64,000 nucleotides of DNA from Prochlorococcus sp. AG-436-M02. GTDB lineage: Bacteria; Cyanobacteriota; Cyanobacteriia; PCC-6307; Cyanobiaceae. The position numbers were made by a program, and so were the translations under genes. Shown here piece by piece: positions 19,959 to 30,621 of the stretch. Within the stretch, counting starts at the first letter, position 1. Each line of letters begins with the position of its first letter. The notes below the pieces were generated by a model. That model made no database searches. It had not been told where the DNA came from and saw only the letters and a program-made list of their open reading frames with translations. Where the stretch lies: assembly GCA_003212515.1 (NCBI GenBank), contig QCPL01000007.1, forward strand, positions 2,370-66,369, in the 5' to 3' direction.

Positions 19959-19991
19959 GTTTAGCTAAAAGATTAAAATTATAAATTTTGA

Positions 19992-20939
19992 TTATGATTT
20001 ATCACGTAAATCTCTTGAAAAAGAATACGTCATTAATCCAAATAAAAATGGTATAAATAAAGTATAAAACCTAACAAGTAAAGTAGCAGAAACTGCTTCT
20101 GCTCTGGACACCCCAAGTGAGATAGCTATAGCAATGCCTGTAACTTCACTAGCGATTAATCCTCCTGGTAGAAAAGAAATTACCCCTCCTAATCCCATTC
20201 CTGTTCTAATTAAAACACTTTGCCCTAAGTCCAAGTAAAATCCAAATTGCTGAAAAGTTAGACAAAGAAATATAGATTCGATTATCCAAGAGACACCACA
20301 AATAAATGTAGAGAGAAAACAAGGAATAGGCTTCGTTAGATCTTTGACAGTTGAATAAATAGAATATACTTTTTTTGAAAGAGAAGAATTAGCAAAGATA
20401 TAGTTTATACTCTTAATCTTTTTAAGATTGCAACTAACTCTATTAAATAACCTGAAGTATTTAGTTAAATAATAAAGAATTAGCAGGCCAGCAGAGGCTA
20501 AAATTGGATAGGCTATATTTGAATATAAAGACCACATTATAATCAATACTGCACTTAGAAGGTCTCCAATTCTTTCAGCTAAAGTAATACCTATACCTAT
20601 TTTTAAAGGGATTTTAAACTTATTAAATAGCCAAAGGCTTCGAACCGCTTCTCCGGCTCTTGCTGGAGCTGCTATTAAGGCCAAGCCAGAAAAATATATT
20701 TTAATATTTTCATAAAAAGGAATGTTGATACCTAAATATCTGACAAGAATATGCCATCTTATGGATAAAATTAAATGAGAGAAAAGAGGAAAAGATAGAG
20801 AAACCAAATAAAAACTTAATGGTATTTCAGAAATAAACTGCTGAATTTCTACAACACCTGAAACTAAAACAATGAAAGTATAAACTATGATTAAAAGTAT
20901 TATTAACTTGAGTGGCTTAATATTTTTGTTCATGATCAA
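19992..20939 (-). CDS. UPF0104/lysylphosphatidylglycerol-synthase TM-domain (flippase-like) protein
   Basis: RW..L, PARAGEAVR, AERIGD, LPGGLIASE, LLVRF. Confidence 0.8.
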   Translation of the reverse strand: MIMNKNIKPLKLIILLIIVYTFIVLVSGVVEIQQFISEIPLSFYLVSLSFPLFSHLILSIRWHILVRYLGINIPFYENIKIYFSGLALIAAPARAGEAVRSLWLFNKFKIPLKIGIGITLAERIGDLLSAVLIIMWSLYSNIAYPILASAGLLILYYLTKYFRLFNRVSCNLKKIKSINYIFANSSLSKKVYSIYSTVKDLTKPIPCFLSTFICGVSWIIESIFLCLTFQQFGFYLDLGQSVLIRTGMGLGGVISFLPGGLIASEVTGIAIAISLGVSRAEAVSATLLVRFYTLFIPFLFGLMTYSFSRDLRDKS

Positions 20940-22354
20940 GGTATAAATCTTAATTTATTTGCTGCTACTAAACACATCTTCCCAAGAATTAGGCCCTCTT
21001 TAACATGCGAAATATTCGAAGACCCATAGAATCTAGCCTGATATCTTACTGGAACTTCTACTATTTTTAAATTTAATTTATTAGCTCCAAAAAGAAGATC
21101 AAAATCTCCAAAAGGATCAAAATCTCCAAAATATTTCCTACCTCTTCTAATACGTTCATAATCTCTTTTCCATAAAACTTTTGTACCGCACAAAGTATCC
21201 TTAAGTCTTTGCCTTAATAGCCAAGAAAAAATGGCTGCAAAAAAACGATTAGCTAATGTATTTAATAACGGCATTGCTTCCTTAGATCTTGGATAAACAA
21301 GCCTACATCCATTAATGAACTCCCCACTACCTTCATTCAGAGCTTGAACAAATCTGGGTAAATCCTCTGGCCTTACAGTCAAATCAGCATCAAGGATGAT
21401 CAAAATATCTCCCTTCGCTTTCTCAAAACCTAGCCAAACAGCATCAGCTTTACCTTTACCTAGTTGGCGATACTTACTGATTTGAATAGGGCCATTATAA
21501 GTTTCGGAAATCTTCTCAATTTCTTTCCATGTATGATCTGAAGAGTGCCCTTCAACAAAAATAGCCTCTGTAAAAGATCCTAATTCAGGTAATCGATTAA
21601 TTGCTGATTTAATATTTCCAGCTTCATTTCTAGCAGGAATAATTACACTTACTGAACTTTTATTCAGTGGCTTAGGCTCTAACCTAGCAACCATCCAATG
21701 AGTTAAGCATAGTTTTTCCAATAAGGGAATTTGACTTAGCCATCTATTTGCCAAAGGAGTAAGAAAAGGAATATCCCTTGGTATTAAACATCTTTGTCCA
21801 TTTTTAAGAACTTCCCAACCTGAAAGATCAAGTAAATTTCTTATATCTCCTGGTGTCAACCAACTTTCTGGTGGTTGTGGTTCTCGCTGTCCAATTTTTT
21901 CTGCAAATTTCAAGAAAGGTTGCCATAGCCAATTATGAAATGTAATTATTAAGCGAGTTTCATTATGACTAAAGTTTGCAAGATTTTCTAATAATAAACT
22001 TACATCTTTAATAGTATTTAAAGTATTGTTTATAATAATTACATCAAAAGGTTCAAACGAATTAATGTCATTAGTCGACATTAATTCAACATCAAATTGA
22101 TAGAAAAATAACTCTTTAAATCTAATTCTAGCAAGTTCAATTTTATTTGAATCAATTTCTACACCAACTCCATATTTAGGCAAAACAGCAGCTAATAAAT
22201 CGCCAGTTCCACATCCAATTTCTAAAACTCTTGCTCCTGGAGAAATAAGTAATTTATGAATGCGTTCAAGATCTTGATAATAGATCTTATTTAAAGTCCT
22301 GAAATGAGTCTTATCATTTGATCGCTTCATAGCTTTAACATATTCATTAATCAA
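20936..22354 (-). CDS. Methyltransferase-like domain fused to GT2 glycosyltransferase
   Basis: VLEIGCGTG N-terminus; IPARNEAG, DADLTV, DTLCGTK, DPFGDFDLL C-terminus. Confidence 0.88.
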   Translation of the reverse strand: MINEYVKAMKRSNDKTHFRTLNKIYYQDLERIHKLLISPGARVLEIGCGTGDLLAAVLPKYGVGVEIDSNKIELARIRFKELFFYQFDVELMSTNDINSFEPFDVIIINNTLNTIKDVSLLLENLANFSHNETRLIITFHNWLWQPFLKFAEKIGQREPQPPESWLTPGDIRNLLDLSGWEVLKNGQRCLIPRDIPFLTPLANRWLSQIPLLEKLCLTHWMVARLEPKPLNKSSVSVIIPARNEAGNIKSAINRLPELGSFTEAIFVEGHSSDHTWKEIEKISETYNGPIQISKYRQLGKGKADAVWLGFEKAKGDILIILDADLTVRPEDLPRFVQALNEGSGEFINGCRLVYPRSKEAMPLLNTLANRFFAAIFSWLLRQRLKDTLCGTKVLWKRDYERIRRGRKYFGDFDPFGDFDLLFGANKLNLKIVEVPVRYQARFYGSSNISHVKEGLILGKMCLVAANKLRFIP

Positions 22355-22455
22355 TATTTTAATACAATAAGAAGAAAAATAGAAACCTTACATACCTAGT
22401 AAATTTAGCGACCAAAAAGTCTAAGGTTTTATATACAAAGTTGTTAAAGATTGAA

Positions 22456-23940
22456 TTAACCTTGAAGCTTTCTAACAAGAATTTGATTGGCTAACTTGGG
22501 ATCTGCTTTACCACCAGTTTTTTTCATTAATTGGCCAACAAAAAAACCTTGAAGTTTTTTCTTTCCTTCACGAAAAGCTTTGACTTCATTTGGATGCTTA
22601 GTAAGCAACTCATCTACTATTTGTTCGATTAAAACAGGGTCACTGATCATTCCCAAGCCTCGTTTATCAACAAGTTCTTCTGGAGATAGACCAGTCTGGA
22701 GTAATTCTGGCAAGATCTCTTTTGCTATCTTTCCACTGATTTTTCCATCACTAATTAAGCCCACAATTTCAGCTAATTGGTCAGGAGTTAGTAAAAGATT
22801 ATCAAAAGTGATTTTATTTGAATTTACAAAAGCAGAAATATCCCCCGTAATCCAATTGGATGCCTGCTTAGGATCACTCCCTGCGGAAACAGCAGCTTCA
22901 AAATATTTAGCCATTTGAGAATCATCAGTCAAGACCCGAGCATCATATACAGAGAGGCCAAATTCTTCTAAATATCTATGACGCTTAGCAGAGGGCAATT
23001 CTGGTAATTCTGATCTCCATTTTTTCTGAAGCTCAATGCTTACTTCGATAGGACCAAGATCTGGATCAGGGAAATATCTATAATCACTACTTCCTTCTTT
23101 AGAGCGCATACTTTTAGTAAGTTGTTTATTTTCATCCCACAATCTTGTTTCTTGAAAAACCTTCCCTCCACTTTCGTATGTTTTAATTTGACGTTTAATT
23201 TCATATTCACATGCCTTCTGAATAGCAGAGAATGAATTCATATTTTTAATTTCCACTTTTGTACCAAATGGAGCATTTGGTCCAGGTCTCACAGAAATAT
23301 TGACATCACATCTTAATGAGCCCTCCTGCATGTTCCCATCAGACACTCCTAAATAACGAACTATTCTTCTGATTTCAGATGCATATTCCGATGCTTCTCG
23401 ACCTGTACGTAAATCTGGCTTGCTAACAATCTCCGCCAAAGCAACACCAGCGCGATTGTAATCAACCAAGGAATAAGTAGAACCTGCTAAGCGATCACTT
23501 CCTGCATGAACCAATTTCCCTGCATCTTCCTCCATATGTAATCTCTCAATACCTATCTTCTTGAGATAAGTTTCTTTCCCTTTTTCAGCTACTTCCACTT
23601 CAATCCAACCATCTTCTGCAATTGGTTCATCATATTGAGAGATTTGATAATTTTTTGGTAAATCTGGATAAAAATATTGCTTTCTATCAAACTTAGAATG
23701 TTGAGCAATTTTCAAATTCAAAGCCATCGCAGCTTTAACCGCATACTCAAGAACTCTTTTATTAAGGACAGGAAGAGTTCCAGGAAGACCACAAACTATA
23801 GGATCAATATGAGTATTAGGTTCATCTCCAAAATTGGTTGAAGCAGCAGTAAATATCTTGCTAAAAGTCCCTAATTGAACATGAGTCTCTAAACCAATCA
23901 CAGGTTCCCAGTTAACTCCAGATTGAGGCATTAGTGACAT
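22456..23940 (-). CDS. gatB: Asp/Glu-tRNA amidotransferase subunit B
   Basis: IGLETHVQL, YFYPDLPKNYQISQ, EEDAGK, DYRYFPDPDL. Confidence 0.98.
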   Translation of the reverse strand: MSLMPQSGVNWEPVIGLETHVQLGTFSKIFTAASTNFGDEPNTHIDPIVCGLPGTLPVLNKRVLEYAVKAAMALNLKIAQHSKFDRKQYFYPDLPKNYQISQYDEPIAEDGWIEVEVAEKGKETYLKKIGIERLHMEEDAGKLVHAGSDRLAGSTYSLVDYNRAGVALAEIVSKPDLRTGREASEYASEIRRIVRYLGVSDGNMQEGSLRCDVNISVRPGPNAPFGTKVEIKNMNSFSAIQKACEYEIKRQIKTYESGGKVFQETRLWDENKQLTKSMRSKEGSSDYRYFPDPDLGPIEVSIELQKKWRSELPELPSAKRHRYLEEFGLSVYDARVLTDDSQMAKYFEAAVSAGSDPKQASNWITGDISAFVNSNKITFDNLLLTPDQLAEIVGLISDGKISGKIAKEILPELLQTGLSPEELVDKRGLGMISDPVLIEQIVDELLTKHPNEVKAFREGKKKLQGFFVGQLMKKTGGKADPKLANQILVRKLQG

Positions 23941-24037
23941 CTCAGATTATTTATTTGTATCCTATGAATAAGTAGATCATATTGGATAGACATCGTGAGC
24001 ATAAAGGCTCAAAATTAGCAATAAAAAAGCCAAAGCA

Positions 24038-25147
24038 ATGGCTCCACTCAACAACAGTCCTGTACTAATCCTAGGTGGTGGCTTGATAGGACTGTCATTG
24101 GCTCATTCATTAGCAAAAAAAGGTCTTTCAGTCGAAGTATTAAGCCGAAGAAGAAATGAAGCAGCTGGATTTGTAGCGGCTGGGATGCTTGCACCACATG
24201 CAGAAGGGCTAAGTGGCAATCTTCTTAAACTTGGACAAAATAGTCTTGAAGGAATGTCTAATTGGGTAAAAACAATAGAATTAGATAGTGGTATGAACTG
24301 TGGTTTAAGAAAATGTGGCATAGTAGTTCCGTTTACAAATATTGAAAATAGAAACGCATACCCAACTGCATATCTTGGAGAAAAACTAAGTCAAAGTGAA
24401 TTAAAAGAACAAATACCAGGAATTGCTTCTCAATGGAAAGCAGGTTTGCTCTTCAAAAAAGATGGCCAAATAGACAACAGAAGAAGATTAATGCGAGCGC
24501 TTGAGAAAGCATGCGTAGAATTAGGCGTAGGCTTTCAAGAAGGAGTTGAAGTTTTAGAAATAATACAAAAGCAAAATACTTTCACGGGAATATACTTACG
24601 CACTGCCGAAGGTCAAATCAAGCAAATCACTTCAAAAGAAGCCATTTTATGTAGTGGAGCATGGAGTAATCAACTTTTCAAAGAAATACCAATTTCACCT
24701 GTAAAAGGACAAATGCTTTCAATACAAGGTCCTAAGGAAGCACTAAAACGAATCATTTTTGGACCAGGAATTTATTTAGTACCTCGTGAAGATGGTCTCA
24801 TAATTGTTGGTGCAACTAGTGAGATAAATGCTGGCTTTACTGAAGGTTTAACACCTAATGGTCAAGCACAATTACAAGAAGGTTTATCCTCATTACTACC
24901 AATTGCTAAAAATTGGCCACACATGGAGCGTTGGTGGGGCTTTAGACCATGTACACCAGATGAAGCCCCAATACTCGGCAGCTCATCAATAAAGGGACTC
25001 TGGCTAGCGACTGGTCATCATCGAAATGGTGTTCTGTTAGCTGCAATCACCTCTACTTTGATAACAAAACAGATCTGCAAAGAACCCTTGTCGACAAAGG
25101 AAACTGATCTGCTCTTACCTTTCAGATGGAACCGTTTTAATAATTAG
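24038..25147 (+). CDS. thiO: Glycine oxidase
   Basis: GGGLIG, AAGMLAP, PVKGQM, GFRPCTPD, GHHRNGVL. Confidence 0.92.
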   Translation: MAPLNNSPVLILGGGLIGLSLAHSLAKKGLSVEVLSRRRNEAAGFVAAGMLAPHAEGLSGNLLKLGQNSLEGMSNWVKTIELDSGMNCGLRKCGIVVPFTNIENRNAYPTAYLGEKLSQSELKEQIPGIASQWKAGLLFKKDGQIDNRRRLMRALEKACVELGVGFQEGVEVLEIIQKQNTFTGIYLRTAEGQIKQITSKEAILCSGAWSNQLFKEIPISPVKGQMLSIQGPKEALKRIIFGPGIYLVPREDGLIIVGATSEINAGFTEGLTPNGQAQLQEGLSSLLPIAKNWPHMERWWGFRPCTPDEAPILGSSSIKGLWLATGHHRNGVLLAAITSTLITKQICKEPLSTKETDLLLPFRWNRFNN

Positions 25148-25190
25148 GAAGAAATACAAATTTAATCAATTTGACCTACTGCGTCACAAA

Positions 25191-25646
25191 TTATTCAACC
25201 CTCCATCTCTGATCTGAAGGAATCCAATCATTTAACTCCTCTGGGCTGAACCATAAACCAATCTCAAAAATGGCAGTTTCAGGAGCATCAGATCCATGAA
25301 TCACATTTCTACCAATATTAATAGCAAAGTCCCCTCGAATAGTGCCTGGTTCTGCTTCCAAAGGTTTTGTGGATCCTATGAGTCGTCTAGCACTAGAAAT
25401 CACGCCATCACCTTCCCAAACCATTGCCACCACTGGTCCACTAGTTATAAAATCAACCAAACCCGCAAAAAAAGGGCGTTCCTTATGCACACCATAATGC
25501 TTCTCAGCCAAGTCTTTACTAGGAATTAATTGTTTTAAAGCGACTAATTTAAAGCCCTTACGTTCGAAACGTCCAACAATTTCACCAACTAATCCCCTTT
25601 GGACACCATCAGGTTTGATAGCTAGAAAAGTCCTTTCAACAACCAT
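25191..25646 (-). CDS. ndk: Nucleoside-diphosphate kinase
   Basis: [23 protein letters not shown]; start placed at MVVERTF. Confidence 0.97.
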   Translation of the reverse strand: MVVERTFLAIKPDGVQRGLVGEIVGRFERKGFKLVALKQLIPSKDLAEKHYGVHKERPFFAGLVDFITSGPVVAMVWEGDGVISSARRLIGSTKPLEAEPGTIRGDFAINIGRNVIHGSDAPETAIFEIGLWFSPEELNDWIPSDQRWRVE

Positions 25647-25795
25647 AAAACTAACTAAGTTAATAATTGAGTTATCGTCTTCTGAAAAGTACCCTCTTGG
25701 CAAGCCAAACAATAGGATTAAATACAACTTTTCTTCGACTGATTACAAAAAGTTGAAATCCTCAGGGGTTTTTCTCTGTACTTTCTATTTAAAAA

Positions 25796-27742
25796 TTGAC
25801 CAATTCAACCCCAAGTGATCAGAAAACGGCATGGACTGGACAAGACAGTGCCACTTTGTATGGACTTGACCACTGGGGAGAAGATTATTTCACAATAAAT
25901 ACATCAGGGAACATTGATATTAGTCTTAAAGGTAAAGACGGTTACCATTTAGATCTGAAACAGCTTCTAGATGAATTAAAAGGAAGAAATCTGAGCCCTC
26001 CTCTCTTACTTCGCTTTGATGACATTCTTGAAGACAGAATCAAAAAGCTACATCATGCTTTTGAACAAGCTATTAATAAGTACGATTATAAAAATAAATA
26101 TCAAGGTGTCTTTCCTATAAAATGTAATCAACAACGACATGTTGTCGAAGAAGTAATAAATATTGGTAGACAATGGCACTTAGGTCTTGAAGCAGGAAGT
26201 AAAGCAGAACTTCTGATCGCTCTATCCCTAATTGATGATCCAAAAGCTTTCTTAATTTGTAATGGATACAAGGATATGCGTTATATCGAGACAGCTATAC
26301 TTGCACGTCAGCTTGGCAGACAACCGATAGTAGTCATTGAACAAGCTGAGGAAGTAGAGCGGATTATCACTGCTAGTAAAACTCTTGGTGCACCACCATT
26401 AATTGGGATAAGAGCAAAACTATCAAGTCAAAATAACGGAAGATGGGGAGCGTCAACTGGAGAAAACTCTAAGTTTGGATTATCAATACCTGAAATCCTC
26501 AAAACAGTAAACCAATTAAAAAGCGCTAATCTCCTTGATGAATTAATTCTCCTTCATTTTCATATTGGTAGCCAAATCAACGATATTGCTATTCTTAAAA
26601 ATGCATTACAAGAAGCCGGACAAATTTATGTTGAATTAAGCCGCTTAGGCGCACCCATGGGACACCTAGATGTAGGTGGTGGTCTAGGCATTGACTATGA
26701 TGGTAGTCGCACTGCAACCCCTGCATCTACAAACTACTCGCTTCAAAATTATGCCAATGATGTAGTAGCAACTATTCAAGAATGTTGTGAATCAAACTCA
26801 ACTCATGTGCCAACCCTAATTAGTGAAAGTGGACGGAGTTTATCAAGTCATTTTTCAATTTTAATATTTAATATCCTAGGTACCAGTTCAGTTACAACAG
26901 ATATTCCAACTCATACGAATAATGAATGCTTAAGTGTGAAAAACCTTAGAGAAACATTAGAAACTCTTCAAAATATATGCAAGGCAAAAACAATAGACAT
27001 AACTAAAGTCCAAGAAGCATGGAATGACGCTCTAAAATTTAAAGATGATGCACTCGCAGCATTTAGGCTTGGGTTTATTGATTTAACTGCCAGAGCTACA
27101 GCAGAACAGCTGACATGGGCATGTGCAAAAAAATTAATTAATCATATTCCTAACAATCTACTAATCCCTGAAGAACTACAAGCGCTTAATGCTGCATTGT
27201 CTGCAACATATTACGCAAATATATCGATTTTTCGTTCGGCACCTGACACATGGGCAATTGAACAACTGTTCCCAATTATGCCAATCCATCGACTAAACGA
27301 AAAACCAAGTCAGCTAGGCCATTTTGCAGATCTAACATGTGACTCAGATGGAAAACTTGCAAGATTTATTGATAATGGAAAAGTAAAATCCTTACTTGAA
27401 TTACACCCCTTTCATCCAGGCGAGGATTATCTAATAGGTATGTTTCTTGGAGGCGCCTACCAAGAAGTCATGGGTAATCTACACAACCTTTTTGGAACTA
27501 CAAACGCAGTACATATTCGTTTAAGAAAAAATGGTAACTATAAGCTTGATCATGTTGTTAGAGGAAATACAAAAGGCGATGTTCTTTATGCAATGGAGCA
27601 TGACTCAGAACAATTGTTAGAGAGACTTCGTATAACAACCGAGTCAGCTATCCAAAAAGGCAGTTTGAAAATCAATGACGCTCAACGTCTTATGGATCAT
27701 ATTGAAATAAGCCTACGAAAAAGTACCTACTTACAAAAATAA
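25796..27742 (+). CDS. speA: Biosynthetic arginine decarboxylase
   Basis: FPIKCNQ, EAGSKAEL, HFHIGSQI, DLTCDSDG, GAYQEVMGNLHNLFG. Confidence 0.97.
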   Translation: MTNSTPSDQKTAWTGQDSATLYGLDHWGEDYFTINTSGNIDISLKGKDGYHLDLKQLLDELKGRNLSPPLLLRFDDILEDRIKKLHHAFEQAINKYDYKNKYQGVFPIKCNQQRHVVEEVINIGRQWHLGLEAGSKAELLIALSLIDDPKAFLICNGYKDMRYIETAILARQLGRQPIVVIEQAEEVERIITASKTLGAPPLIGIRAKLSSQNNGRWGASTGENSKFGLSIPEILKTVNQLKSANLLDELILLHFHIGSQINDIAILKNALQEAGQIYVELSRLGAPMGHLDVGGGLGIDYDGSRTATPASTNYSLQNYANDVVATIQECCESNSTHVPTLISESGRSLSSHFSILIFNILGTSSVTTDIPTHTNNECLSVKNLRETLETLQNICKAKTIDITKVQEAWNDALKFKDDALAAFRLGFIDLTARATAEQLTWACAKKLINHIPNNLLIPEELQALNAALSATYYANISIFRSAPDTWAIEQLFPIMPIHRLNEKPSQLGHFADLTCDSDGKLARFIDNGKVKSLLELHPFHPGEDYLIGMFLGGAYQEVMGNLHNLFGTTNAVHIRLRKNGNYKLDHVVRGNTKGDVLYAMEHDSEQLLERLRITTESAIQKGSLKINDAQRLMDHIEISLRKSTYLQK

Positions 27743-27744
27743 AA

Positions 27745-30424
27745 TCAATCTAAAAGCTTAACCAACTGATCTTTTGCAAAAACCAACGCACTATCCAGTG
27801 CCTTAGGGTCTCGTCCACCAGCTTGAGCGTAATTAGGACGACCACCACCCCCGCCGCCACAAAGCTTGGCAATAGGATTCAGAAACTTTCCAGCATGAAG
27901 GCCTTTGTTAATAATTTCTGAACCAAACGCAGTTGCTAAAATTACTTTCTTACCATCACTTAACTCCGGTATTCCAGCTAACACGACAGCTGAGTTAATT
28001 CCTAATTTATGTACTAACAATTTTGCTGCGGATTGCATAGCATCTCCGGTTACACCATCAAGACGCTCAATAATATATTGTGTTTCCCCAAGAGAACTAG
28101 CTTTACTTAATAAAAGCAAGGCTTTAGAAGATGCCACTTCCACATGGGCTTTCTCAAGCGATTTAGTTAATGTCTTAACCTCATCTTGTAGTCCAATAAC
28201 TCGATCCACAATCTCGGTCGATTGAGCCTTAAACCTCTCACTAAGAGTCTTCACAACTAAATCACAATCATTCAAATAACCTAGAATGCCTTGCCCAGAG
28301 ATAGCTTCAATTCTACGAATTCCTGCAGCAATGCCTATTTCACTAACAATTTTAAATAATCCTATTTCAGAAGTATTAGCAACATGCGTTCCACCACAAA
28401 GTTCCATAGAAACACCAGGAATAGTAACTACTCGAACGACTTCCTCATATTTTTCACCAAACATTGCAATAGCACCAGCTGACTTAGCCTCATTAATAGG
28501 CATTTCACTAACAATCAAAGAATAGTCATTGGAAATCCAAGAATTAATTAATTTCTCAACCTCTCGCAACTCGTCTACTTTAATTGGACGTGAGCAATGA
28601 AAATCAAAACGCAAACGATCAAAGCTTACTAAAGATCCTGCCTGACTAATATTGGAATCTACAACTTTCTTTAATGCTGATTGTAATAAATGAGTAGCCG
28701 TATGATTTGATCTAATGCATCTACGACTAAAGCGATCAACGCTAATTCTGACAGTATCACCTAGCTGCAATATACCACTCTGAACAATACCTGAATGAAC
28801 AAAAGCACCTTTTACACGTCTAACCGCATGAATATCAATCAAGCAATTAATCTTATCTGAAGAAACAATACTTATAGTACCTCTATCACCTATTTGACCA
28901 CCACCTTCCCCATAAAAAGTAGTTGTATCAAGAACCAAGTCAACTTGATCTCCTATAGTGCATTTATTAGATGAGACTCCATTCACAACTATGGCCTGAA
29001 CCTCGCTTGAGTGATCTAAAGACTGATAACCCTGAAAAGTAGTTTCACCTAATTCATCTACAACTTTATCAATAGCATCTTGAAGCGTTAAATCGATAGT
29101 TGAAACGGCATCTTTAGCTCGTTGACGTTGTTCATCCATAGCAGAATGAAATCCCATAAGATCAACTGTTAAAGAGTTTTCTACAGCAATCTCTTGCGTT
29201 AATTCCACAGGAAAGCCATATGTATCATAGAGTTCAAAAGCTTTCTTTCCTGAAATCTCTTTTGGATTAGAAGCAATCAAATCAGCCAACAATTGTTCAC
29301 CTCGTTCGAGAGTATCTAAAAATCGTAGTTCTTCTCGTTGAAGCTCTTTCAAAATTTTCTCACGGTTCTGATTTAACTGTGGATATGAGATCTTCATTAA
29401 CTCAATAGCCACCTCTGCAATCTGAATTATGAATGGCTGTTGAATCCCAAGCAATCTGCCATGTCTAACAACACGTCTTAGCAATCTACGTAATATGTAG
29501 CCCCTCCCCAGATTACTGGCTATCACTCCATCACTTATCAAATGGACACAAGCACGAGTGTGGTCGCCAATGACTTTAAGAGATATTTGATCTTTCTCAT
29601 CTATTTTATAGTAGTCAATATTAACTAAAGAAGCAGCTTTCTCTAATAATGGGAAAATTAAATCCGTTTCATAATTATTAGCTACCCCTTGCAAGATCTG
29701 AGCCATCCTCTCCAAACCCAGGCCTGTATCTATATTGCAATTCGCAAGAGATTCCAAGTTACCTTGTGCATCTCTATTGTATTGCATAAAAACCAAGTTA
29801 TAAAATTCTATGAATCGGCTATCATCTTCTAAGTCAATTTTCTGATTTCCAAGTTCAGGGTGAAAATCATAATAAAGCTCTGAACAAGGGCCACAGGGGC
29901 CTGTAGGGCCTGACGACCAGAAATTATCAGCTTCATTCATCCGAATAATTCTAGAAGGATCAACCCCAATGACATCTCTCCATATATCTTCCGCTTCTTG
30001 ATCTTCCCGAAACACACTAACTGCCAAATTCTTTGGATCTAAACCAAAAACACTAGTACTGAGTTCCCAAGCCCATTGAATTGCTTGCTTTTTAAAATAA
30101 TCACCAAAAGAAAAATTTCCCAGCATCTCAAAAAAAAGTATGGTGCCTTGCTGTCTTCCCAACATTTTCTATGTCATTTGTCCTAATACATTTCTGACTT
30201 GTAGTAACTCTTGGTGATGCAATAGCCTCCTGTCCCAAAAAAACAGGTTTAAAAGGAAGCATTCCTGCAATCGTAAGTAATACAGTTGGGTCCTTAGGAA
30301 CTAAAGAAGCACTAGGCATGATTTGATGCCCTCGTTCCTCATAAAATTTCAAAAATGTAGCCCTTATTTCCTCTCCTGTAAGAGCTTTAATTGAGGATTT
30401 TGGCGACACTCGTTCAACTTCCAT
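27745..30424 (-). CDS. alaS: Alanine-tRNA ligase, split by a +1 frameshift in an A8 run at 30130-30137
   Basis: N-part [11 protein letters not shown]...ARHHTFF and C-part [15 protein letters not shown]...NHTATHLL...ELCGGTH join when one A is removed. Confidence 0.95.
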
Positions 30425-30621
30425 AACAGACTTGAGAGTTGGGGAAAAAAGCACCACATATGGTGCAAGTTCAAAATAGAAAACAAGTAATTAGCTTCTC
30501 ATAAAATCTACCTAATTACCTGCCATTATTAGCTATGAAATTTGTCAAAATCACTAATGTTATTGCTTGCTACAAAGTAAGCAAATTAGTCAAACAAATA
30601 GATGTTTAATGCATCCTTGAT

